A stretch of DNA of 64,000 nt from an uncultured delta proteobacterium (GTDB lineage: Bacteria > Myxococcota_A > Polyangia > Fen-1088), in NCBI GenBank assembly GCA_963755125.1, contig CAVWIP010000016.1, positions 96,001-160,000 on the forward strand, read 5' to 3'. Below the pieces are notes generated by a model. The model was not told the DNA's origin. It saw only the letters and a list, made by a program, of their open reading frames with translations, and ran no database searches. Positions within the stretch are counted from its first letter, which is position 1. Every line of letters starts with the position of its first letter. Both the position numbers and the translations under genes were made by a program. Below, piece by piece: positions 9,620 to 17,603 of the stretch.

Positions 9620-9655
9620 GGGTAGTCCCTCAACGCTACGTTACCAGTGAGATGC

Positions 9656-9851
9656 TCAAAGTATGAGAAAGACGCCCACGATCACGCCGGCCAGGGCAAA
9701 GGACTTGCGCAGACGATAGCATTCTGCACGCGAAGAGCACGACCAGTACAGCGTTGTCTTGCACCAAGGCCTTCTTGGCCACGTCGTAAATGCCGAGGAA
9801 AGTGGCAGAAAGGACGGCGAAGGACACCCAGGACAGCGCGGGCGAGGGCAT
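9656..9851 (-). pseudogene. EamA/DMT transporter remnant (N- and C-termini only)
   Basis: WVSFAVLSATFLGIYDVAKKALVQDNAVLVVLF (EamA N-terminus) is joined out of frame at ~9725 to RKSFALAGVIVGVFLIL* (EamA-like last helix). Confidence 0.65.
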
Positions 9852-9935
9852 GAAGCCCGCGCCTTATAGCTCATCTCCGAGGGAAGACCACGGGACATTC
9901 GATGACTCGCTGGCGTGAGGCGCGGAGCCGAGGTT

Positions 9936-10838
9936 TCAGCGGCGCAAGGTCAGCGTGTGCTTGGCTTCGAGACGGACCGGGTGATACGAGAGCTTGGCCC
10001 GGCGCAACCCCGGATCCCCGAGATCCTCCTCTCGGTTGATGAAGGCCAGCCCCTGGGCCGCGATGGCGCGGGCGGTTTCCTGGTTGATCACTTGATACAG
10101 GCCCTTCTTGTCGCGGAGCGCGCGTTCAAACAGGACCACCGCGGTGGTCGGGTTCAGACGGTCGTAGATGGAAAAGGCCGCCGGCCGATCGTCGATGTGC
10201 AGGAGCAGTCCACGAAGCCCAAGTGCAGCGAAGTCGCGAATCGCGGTCGCCAGGGCCTGGCCCTCCTGCCGCAAGGTGAGCGTCGTGCGTTTGGCCGCGA
10301 TGTCGTCGCCAACTTCGAGACATTCCTCGCCATGCTGTGGGCCGAGCGGCTCGATCCGCCAGTCGTAGAATCGCGTGGCCTGTTGGATCAGGTTGCGCTT
10401 CTTGGCGTAACGGCTGCCGGTCAGCGCCGCCAGGTCCTCGGTCTGGTACACGTAGTTGGCGCTGTCGCGATCTGCGATCGCGTGGAAGTGCGCGACAAAA
10501 GCCGGATGTCGCGCCACGAATTCGGCGCTGACGGATTCGATGACCAGCGGTGTGGGCAGTTTGCGAGCGTGGGCGAGCAGGGTTTCCTGCAGGGGCTCGG
10601 AAAACCGTCCCAATGGTTGCAGCAGCCTCGGCTGGGGATCGGCGGCGACCCGGGCGTAGAGCAAAAGCGTGTCCGGTTCAGCGACGGCGTGGTGGTAATG
10701 GAAAACCGACGACCAGACGCACAGCGAAGCCGAACTATAGTCAGACAGGGGTTGCGGGTGGCGGACAAGAAAATCGGTCACCAGCGCTCGCTGCTCGATC
10801 TCGAGGGGCGCGAATGGAAATCCCAGAAAAGCCGTCAC
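9936..10838 (-). CDS. DUF2156 / phosphatidylglycerol lysyltransferase C-terminal-like protein, stand-alone
   Basis: DRDSANYVYQTEDLAALTGSRYAKKRNLI, VVLFERA..KKGLYQVIN and INREEDLGDPGLRRAKLSYHP. GTG start 2 bp after the GNAT stop. Confidence 0.85.
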   Translation of the reverse strand: MTAFLGFPFAPLEIEQRALVTDFLVRHPQPLSDYSSASLCVWSSVFHYHHAVAEPDTLLLYARVAADPQPRLLQPLGRFSEPLQETLLAHARKLPTPLVIESVSAEFVARHPAFVAHFHAIADRDSANYVYQTEDLAALTGSRYAKKRNLIQQATRFYDWRIEPLGPQHGEECLEVGDDIAAKRTTLTLRQEGQALATAIRDFAALGLRGLLLHIDDRPAAFSIYDRLNPTTAVVLFERALRDKKGLYQVINQETARAIAAQGLAFINREEDLGDPGLRRAKLSYHPVRLEAKHTLTLRR

Positions 10839-10840
10839 GG

Positions 10841-11260
10841 TCAGGAACGCACCTGGTAGAGCATGGGTTGAAAGCCGGTGAGGGGCTGGAAACCCAGCCC
10901 TTCGTAAAATCTCTGCGTGTTCGGCTCGGCTACCAGGCCAATCCAGGTCAGACCCGCGGCCACGCAGCGATCGGTCAGGCGCCGGATGATCTCGCGACCG
11001 ATGCCACGTCCTCGGAATTCCGGGAGCACGACCACGTCCTGGATGTACCCGTCGCTGGCGCCGTCGGAAATCACGCGTCCCATGCCCACGATGCGGCCAT
11101 CGGGCGCGCGGGCCAGGAGAAAACAGAAACTGCCGCGCACCATCTGCGGAATCGCCGCGCGCCAGGCGGGCTGTTCTTGCCACCAGCCGCCGGCGCGATA
11201 CAGGTCCACGATGGCCTCGGTCGGGGCGCTGGTGACGTTTTCATAGACGATGTCGAGCAT
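10841..11260 (-). CDS. GNAT family N-acetyltransferase
   Basis: IVGMGRVISDG..YIQDVVVLPEFRGRGIG (acetyl-CoA motif A) and FYEGLGF. Confidence 0.9.
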   Translation of the reverse strand: MLDIVYENVTSAPTEAIVDLYRAGGWWQEQPAWRAAIPQMVRGSFCFLLARAPDGRIVGMGRVISDGASDGYIQDVVVLPEFRGRGIGREIIRRLTDRCVAAGLTWIGLVAEPNTQRFYEGLGFQPLTGFQPMLYQVRS

Positions 11261-11321
11261 CGAATACCGGTTCCCTGTCGAATGCCTTCTTTGTACCATT
11301 GACTGCAATCCCGACAAGCCG

Positions 11322-11891
11322 ATGCCAAGAGATTTGCCAGCATGGCCGCAAGTGGACCGGTCGCTGCCGACCGGAGAGCATCCCTATCTCAAGGTTCTGC
11401 CGGCGGTGAAGTCCAGTCCGGCCTTGGCGCGCATCGCCGCGCTTCCGGCCGCGCGCGATCGTCTGCTCGAACGGGCGCGCGTGCAGATCCGCGGCGATCA
11501 CGGCTATGCCTTCGTGGACGTCGACGTGCCCTGCATCGTGGTCTCGGAGTGGTACTTTCGCAGCGGCACGGATCGGGATCTCTATCTCGACCTTCTGCAC
11601 GAGCTCACGCATCTGCGCCAACTCGACGAGGGGTTGGATCTGTGGGACGAGAGATTCGCGTACGTAGACCGTCCCACCGAGATCGAAGGCTACGCGGTCG
11701 CCATCGAAGAAGGACGCCGGTTGGGCATGACCAGTGAGGAGGTCGCCGACCATCTGGCGACCCCCTGGATGACTGCGGACGATACGGCGCGGCTGCTCGC
11801 GCATGTCGACGGTTTCCTGACGACCGGGGTGCTGCCCAATCTCGCGGCCGCGAAGATCCCGGCGCCCCGCCGTTCACGGCGTCCTTGGTAG
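11322..11891 (+). CDS. Hypothetical zincin-like (HExxH) protein
   Basis: LLHELTHLRQ followed by a downstream Glu in YVDRPTEIEGY. Confidence 0.65.
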   Translation: MPRDLPAWPQVDRSLPTGEHPYLKVLPAVKSSPALARIAALPAARDRLLERARVQIRGDHGYAFVDVDVPCIVVSEWYFRSGTDRDLYLDLLHELTHLRQLDEGLDLWDERFAYVDRPTEIEGYAVAIEEGRRLGMTSEEVADHLATPWMTADDTARLLAHVDGFLTTGVLPNLAAAKIPAPRRSRRPW

Positions 11892-12027
11892 CAGGCGCGG
11901 CGGGGGTGTCGAGCATTGGATCGTCCACGCGACCCGTGTGACCTGCCGTGCCAGAAAGGACAGTTGCCGTTCAGGAAAAAATGTCCAATCCTTTTGCGCG
12001 CGCGCATCCAATCGCCAGGAGACCAAC

Positions 12028-12501
12028 ATGAAGGGCAACCAGAAACTGATCGACGTTCTCAACCAACTGCTCGCCGACGAGCTGACCGCCATCAACCAGT
12101 ACATGGTCCACTCCGAGCTTTGCGCCAACTGGGGCTATGAACGGCTGCACAAGGTGATCGAGAAGCGCGCCTTGGGCGAGATGAAGCACGCCGAGAAACT
12201 CATCGCCCGCATCGTGTTCCTCGAAGGGACGCCGGTTGTGAGCAAGCTGAACCCGCTTCACATCGGGGCCGACGTGCCCGAGATGATCGCGAACGACGTC
12301 GCGGCCGAGATGACGGCCATCCGCGGATACAACGCCGCAATTCCGGTGGCCATGGAAGTGCAGGACGCGCCCACGCGAGAGCTGCTGGAGTCGATCATCA
12401 AGGATGAAGACGACCACCTGGACATGCTGGAGGCCCAGCGCGACCAGATGAACCAGATGAGTGTTGGCGTCTTCCTCGGCCAGCAGATCGAAGAAGACTG
12501 A
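12028..12501 (+). CDS. bfr: Bacterioferritin
   Basis: MKGNQKLIDVLNQLLADELTAINQY, heme-ligand Met in EMKHAEKLIARIVFLEG, and DEDDH. AGGAG RBS. Confidence 0.95.
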   Translation: MKGNQKLIDVLNQLLADELTAINQYMVHSELCANWGYERLHKVIEKRALGEMKHAEKLIARIVFLEGTPVVSKLNPLHIGADVPEMIANDVAAEMTAIRGYNAAIPVAMEVQDAPTRELLESIIKDEDDHLDMLEAQRDQMNQMSVGVFLGQQIEED

Positions 12502-12839
12502 CAGACCGCAGGCTCGGCCGGGAGCCCAGCGCCGTCGTCCGCGCCGCGGACAGAACGGCTTTCGACGCGCGACCAAAGTAGGGCAATCGGATCAGGCTTT
12601 GGCCCGGCTGCGCTGTACCGCAAGCTGAAGTGCTACGGCACCTGGTAGCGCGAACCGCTCTACTCGCCAGCATCTCCTCGACGAACTCGGCATACACACT
12701 TGCGACCAGCCGCGCGAGCCAGCCCCGTCCTTCCATGCTGCGCCTCGCCTCGATCGGCTCGTCGGCCCTCATCAGGTCATGCCGTCAAGCCGATGTGAAA
12801 AGGGGACGAGGGCGGCCAGGGGTGGCAGGATGGGGCCTC

Positions 12840-14648
12840 ATGGACAAGTGCAAACCCTATCGCTTGCGCGCCAGACACGCATGTGTTCGCTTTTTCCCGG
12901 CGCTGGCAGCAGCCCTTGCCGGGGCGCCGGCCAGGGCGCAGACGCCCGCGCTGACCGACAGCGATTTCGCCCTCGCGCTCTACGCCTCCGACGTGAATTC
13001 GGGGAGCGCTCTCGATGCAAACGATCTCAGCGTCCTCTTCAACCCGCACCGGTGCAACTGTCCCGACACCATCACGGCGCAGTTGCAGCTCACCTCGTCC
13101 GGGCAAACCGACATCGGCAATTCGACGGTTTCGGTCAATTTCTTTCTCGGGACGAGCTGCGCCACTTCCACCACCTCTGCGTCGTGTGTCTCCGTCGGCC
13201 AGGCAACATTTAGCGCGTCCCAGTCCGCCTCGTCCCCGACGTTCTCCAGTAGCCTGGTATTCCAGAGCGCGGCAGGCACCTCGACAGTGGACTGCGCCAC
13301 CTTTACCGCGGGATCGACCACCCTCTGGGCGGTGCTCGCCCAGAACGGGACCGCGCTCTCCTTCACACCTTCAGTCGCGCTTCAGGTGATCACGAGCGTG
13401 GTCGCGGCCCCGACCGCGATCACTGCCCAGCCCGCGGACCAGGGCATCCTGGTTGGCTGGACTCCTCCGGCGGACATGTCCCAGGTCGCGGGGTATCAGG
13501 TCCTTTGCCTGCCCCGTCCGGCTTCGGCCTCGACTGCTGCCTACGAAACTTGCGGATTGGCAAGCAACGCTACGGGTAGCGCAGTGCTTACTCCAGCCGA
13601 CGAGACCCAGGTTTGCTCGGCCGAGGTTTCCGCCACGGCCACATCAGTCCGTCTGGCCGGACTGGTGAACGACACGACCTACACGGTCGCCGTGGTCTCC
13701 ATCGATCCGGGCGGCGGCGTCAGCGCGCTGTCGCCACAAGCCGAGGCGATGCCCCAGCCGACCATCGGATTCTACGGGAAGTACAAGCTGTCGCTCGGAG
13801 CGGCCACCGGCTGTACGCTGGCGCCGCACTCGGGTCGCGCGGGTCTGCCGTGGATGGCGCTGCTCGCCGCGCTGGTCCTCGCGCTAGGCCGAAGCCCGCG
13901 ACGGCGGAAAAACCTTGCCGCCAGCCTCACGCGCGTCGTGCTCCTGCTGCTCGCGTTCACTGCGACCGCGCGTGCCCAGATCTCGCTCGACCACCAAGAC
14001 GCCGACTGGTCGCAATCACCGGTGTCGCCGCTTCCACAAACCCCTGATTGGGGCGTCGAGCTCGGGGTGTCGCTGTATCGCCCGGCCGTGGACAGCGAGT
14101 TTGCCGGCGGAGTCCATCCCTACGCCGATACCTTCGGGTCATCCCGCCATCTCCTGTCAGAGATAGAGGTGGACCGGTACCTATTTCACCGCTTCGGAAC
14201 CTCGGGCGTGGGCCTGCGCGGTGGCTACTACAAGGTCAGCGGGGCGGCCTGGCTGGCCGACGGGATAACCCGCAGTGGAGACGAGACCGAGCTGCGCCTC
14301 ATCCCCTTCTCGCTGTCGGCCCTGTTTCGAGCTGATCGCATTCCGGGCCTGAAGCAGGTGCCGCTCGTCCCGTACGCAAAAGCTGGGTTGGACGGCGTGG
14401 TGTGGACGACAAGCAGCACAGGAGGCGGCGGATCCCAGACCGGCTTCACCCCAGGCTGGCACGTTGCCGCGGGCATGGCGCTGGGCCTGAACTTTCTCGG
14501 TCTGGGCACCATCAATCCAGGCGCGCTCGCCGACCCCTGCGCGATCTTCTTTGAATGGGACTACGCCGCAATCAACGGACTGGGCATGGGCCACGACCTA
14601 CACGTCGGCGACAACACCTGGTTCGCCGGGGTGATGTTCGACCTGTGA
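12840..14648 (+). CDS. FN3-domain protein with internal MYXO-CTERM-like segment fused to an outer-membrane beta-barrel (MXAN_2561/MXAN_2562-like)
   Basis: Signal peptide ..APARAQ. FN3 motifs ILVGWTPP..GYQV..GLVNDTTYTVAVVSID. FYGKYK..GC-hydrophobic-RRRK segment. Barrel motifs YRPAVDSEF, VPLVPYAKAGL and GDNTWFAGVMFDL. Confidence 0.7.
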   Translation: MDKCKPYRLRARHACVRFFPALAAALAGAPARAQTPALTDSDFALALYASDVNSGSALDANDLSVLFNPHRCNCPDTITAQLQLTSSGQTDIGNSTVSVNFFLGTSCATSTTSASCVSVGQATFSASQSASSPTFSSSLVFQSAAGTSTVDCATFTAGSTTLWAVLAQNGTALSFTPSVALQVITSVVAAPTAITAQPADQGILVGWTPPADMSQVAGYQVLCLPRPASASTAAYETCGLASNATGSAVLTPADETQVCSAEVSATATSVRLAGLVNDTTYTVAVVSIDPGGGVSALSPQAEAMPQPTIGFYGKYKLSLGAATGCTLAPHSGRAGLPWMALLAALVLALGRSPRRRKNLAASLTRVVLLLLAFTATARAQISLDHQDADWSQSPVSPLPQTPDWGVELGVSLYRPAVDSEFAGGVHPYADTFGSSRHLLSEIEVDRYLFHRFGTSGVGLRGGYYKVSGAAWLADGITRSGDETELRLIPFSLSALFRADRIPGLKQVPLVPYAKAGLDGVVWTTSSTGGGGSQTGFTPGWHVAAGMALGLNFLGLGTINPGALADPCAIFFEWDYAAINGLGMGHDLHVGDNTWFAGVMFDL

Positions 14649-14697
14649 CGGGCAAACCGCTGCGCTGGGAATTGAACGCAGCGGTGAGGGTCGACGC

Positions 14698-16572
14698 CTA
14701 CGACGGGTACAGGCCGTCCACGATCCCGTTGATATACTTTTCGATGTTGGTGTAGCCGGTGTGATCGAAGTCGCCGGTGGCATCGCTGGGGTCGTTGGGA
14801 TTCAGGCCGTACTTGATTTCCCAGGCGTCTGGCATGCCATCCCCGTCCGTGTCGACGGGCGGGGTCCCGCCCGCCAGCGTCCCGTAGCCGCTGTTGGTGA
14901 GGCCGGTGGCCGTTTGCGTGGTCCACAGCGATCCTGATTTGCCCAGCGAGGTCAGGTCTGCGACGACCAGGGTGTCGACCTGATCGCGGTGCAGTGAGGG
15001 GCCGGCGCCGGCCACAACGGCGGCGTACGAGGCCGCCGCGCTGGTGGTCGGCATGCTCGCGGTATCTGTGGAGTTCGCCGCGTTCGCTTTGGTCGTGCCG
15101 CCTGGAGAACCTGCATCGGTACCGTTGAGTGTGCCGTCCTTGTCGCTGTCGAGGAGATTCCCCTGGACGTAGACGGTTTGCCCGCTGTTCATCTGGTAAT
15201 AGTCGTCTCCCGGACTGGTCGTCGACGGGCCTGCGATGAAATAGTTGTTGATGATGTCATGCCAGAATGTGCCGCTGGTGTCCCCGGCACAATAGGCGTA
15301 CCCGTAGTTGTAGACCACGTTATTGACGAACTGGGTGTTGGACTTGGCCAGGGGCTGGCGACCATGTGCGTTGGCCCACAGGTTTGCGTACCAGGTGAAG
15401 AATCCGCCGGTCATCTCGGTGTGTGCCCCGAACTGTTGCCCGGTCGGGTCCGCGATGATGGAGTTCTGCACGGTGATGTTGGTCGCCCCCACCGCGTCGA
15501 TGCTGTCGTACTGGGCGAACTCGACCGAGACATGGTCGAAGATCAGGTTGCTGCCATCGAGCAGGTTGATCCCGCTCTTCTTGGCGTCGGAATCGAGCAT
15601 GCCCTGGCGGAAGCGCACGTAGCGCACGATCACGTTCGATGCGGCGTCAAACGAAACCTCGCGGCCCATGAAGCCGATGCCGTCGCCAGGCGCGGTTTGC
15701 CCCGCGATGGTCAGGTTGCTGGTGACCGACACGGGCGATTGCAGACTGACGTAGCCACCGACGTCGAAGACCACGATGCGGTTCCCCGCACTGACGGCAT
15801 CGCGGAACGAGCCAGTACCCGTGTCGTTCAAATTGGTGACGTGGTAGACGCCATAACCACGCGCGCCAGTCGCTTTCTTGCCGAAGCCGTACGCGCCGGG
15901 AAATGCCACGACCGGGCCGGACGCGATGGACGAGCCGCCCGCTCCTCCTGAGCCGGACCGGCCTGCGCTGCCGCCCGAGTTCGTGGATCCGCCTGGTCCA
16001 GAGGCGCTGCTCGTGCTGCCCGCGATGCCGCCGGTCGCGCCGCCTGTGCGAGTCGCTCCGCCTGCCCCGCCCGTCGCTCCGCCTGCCCCACCCGTCGCTC
16101 CGCCCCTGCCCCCGGTCGTTCCGCCCGCCGTGGTCGCGCCGCCCATCGCTCCGCCCCTGCCCCCGGTCGTTCCGCCCGCCATGGTCGCACCGCCCGTCGC
16201 TCCGCCGGTCGCGGTCGTGCCGCCTGTCGCTCCGCCCGCCGTAGTCGCCCCGCCGGCCACAGTCGCGCCGCCCGGAACAGCGCTGCCGCCGGAACCGACC
16301 GAGCTGCTGGCAGTCGTTCCGCCGACGCTGGTCGCACCGCCTGCGACGGTCGCGCCGCCGCTGGCAGGGCTACCGCCCACGTTACCGCCGCCAGCCGAGC
16401 GACCAGCTGTCGCGACGACCGAACTGGAGCTGCCGCCGACTCCAGCGGCCGACGAAGTGGAGCCGCTGCTTCCCGCTCCTCCGCCGCCTTTGTTTCCAGC
16501 GTCGCTGGAACAAGCGCCAGCAAGGGCGGCGCTCAGGATCGTGATGCCCAGCAAAACTTGGCTGTTTCTCAT
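14698..16572 (-). CDS. Pectate lyase (PL1-type) lipoprotein with long Gly/Thr/Ala linker
   Basis: Lipobox LAGAC; AFPGAYGFG..TG, VTNLNDTGTGSFRDAV, TIAGQTAPGDG, NVIVRYVRFR and DTDGDGMPDAWE. Confidence 0.88.
   Translation of the reverse strand: MRNSQVLLGITILSAALAGACSSDAGNKGGGGAGSSGSTSSAAGVGGSSSSVVATAGRSAGGGNVGGSPASGGATVAGGATSVGGTTASSSVGSGGSAVPGGATVAGGATTAGGATGGTTATGGATGGATMAGGTTGGRGGAMGGATTAGGTTGGRGGATGGAGGATGGAGGATRTGGATGGIAGSTSSASGPGGSTNSGGSAGRSGSGGAGGSSIASGPVVAFPGAYGFGKKATGARGYGVYHVTNLNDTGTGSFRDAVSAGNRIVVFDVGGYVSLQSPVSVTSNLTIAGQTAPGDGIGFMGREVSFDAASNVIVRYVRFRQGMLDSDAKKSGINLLDGSNLIFDHVSVEFAQYDSIDAVGATNITVQNSIIADPTGQQFGAHTEMTGGFFTWYANLWANAHGRQPLAKSNTQFVNNVVYNYGYAYCAGDTSGTFWHDIINNYFIAGPSTTSPGDDYYQMNSGQTVYVQGNLLDSDKDGTLNGTDAGSPGGTTKANAANSTDTASMPTTSAAASYAAVVAGAGPSLHRDQVDTLVVADLTSLGKSGSLWTTQTATGLTNSGYGTLAGGTPPVDTDGDGMPDAWEIKYGLNPNDPSDATGDFDHTGYTNIEKYINGIVDGLYPS
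16060..16260 (-). repeat. Low-complexity tandem repeats in the pectate lyase linker, including a 51-bp duplication
   Basis: tcgctccgcccctgcccccggtcgttccgcccgcc at 16095 and 16146; encodes GGTTGGRGGA / GGAT units. Confidence 0.8.
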
Positions 16573-16803
16573 GGTGTTGCCTTTCCGTATCTCTTAATAG
16601 TGTCGCTCTGCCCGGTCGGCGGGTCTACGAGACTTGCAAAAAGATGCGCACGGATCTGAGCCTGGCTGCGTCACAAATCCGTATCCACATGCGTCATCAA
16701 CTGGCCTTGCGCGTTGAGAAGCCCCGGTCGGTGGTATCTGGGATGAGAGTTCGCGAGCCGGTGCTGCTAGTCTTGTGTGTTTATCCGTATCCAACGAGGA
16801 CCG

Positions 16804-17589
16804 ATGGCCAGACAAACCGCACTCATCACCGGAGCGTCAGCGGGGCTGGGACGCGAGTACGCGCGGCTATTCGCCAAAGATGGACATGATCTGGTGCTGG
16901 TGGCGCGACGGCGCGAGCGCCTCGACGAGTTGGCCAGCGAGCTGGCAGCGGCGCACAAGACCACATGCCTGGTCGTCACCGCGGATCTGGCGGTAGCCGG
17001 TGCCGGCCAGCACATAGCCGATCGGGTGCAGGCTGCGGGCCGCCAGGTGGACTTCCTGGTCAACAACGCCGGGTTCGGCAAACGCGGAGCGTTTGCGCAA
17101 TCGGATGGTCCTAGCCAGCTTGAGATGATCGACGTCAACGTGCGGGCGCTGGTCGAGCTGACCCACCTGTTCCTGCCCGGCATGCTGGAGCGCAAGCAAG
17201 GGCGCATCCTCAACATCGCCTCGATTGCCGGGTTCGTTCCCGGACCTTTCATGGCGACCTATTACGCCAGCAAGGCCTTCGTGGTCAGCTTCACCGAGGC
17301 GCTGGCGAGCGAGATCCACGGCACCGGCGTCACGGCAACCGCGAGCTGCCCGGGGCCGACGGCAACCGAGTTCGCCGACGTTGCAGGCAGCGCCGGATCC
17401 AACCTGTTCCGGCGCCACCTGGCCGACGCAGCGCCGGTCGCCCGGCACGGCTACCGGGCCATGTTGGCCGGCGCCGTGCTGGCCATCCCGGGACTGAAGA
17501 ACAAGTTCAGCGCCCAGTCGATCCGCATCGCCCCGCGCGCTGCGGTGCGCGCCATCGCCGCCAGGCTGAACAGCGATCGGACCAAGTAG
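16804..17589 (+). CDS. Short-chain dehydrogenase/reductase (SDR)
   Basis: TGASAGLG, LVNNAGFG and catalytic YYASK. Confidence 0.92.
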   Translation: MARQTALITGASAGLGREYARLFAKDGHDLVLVARRRERLDELASELAAAHKTTCLVVTADLAVAGAGQHIADRVQAAGRQVDFLVNNAGFGKRGAFAQSDGPSQLEMIDVNVRALVELTHLFLPGMLERKQGRILNIASIAGFVPGPFMATYYASKAFVVSFTEALASEIHGTGVTATASCPGPTATEFADVAGSAGSNLFRRHLADAAPVARHGYRAMLAGAVLAIPGLKNKFSAQSIRIAPRAAVRAIAARLNSDRTK

Positions 17590-17603
17590 CTGGATGGACT
17601 AGG

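Noticed and set aside
15878..16597. Pro-rich ORFs (also 1902-2306)
   Set aside because: Reverse complements of the Gly-rich linkers of the CAZyme lipoproteins.
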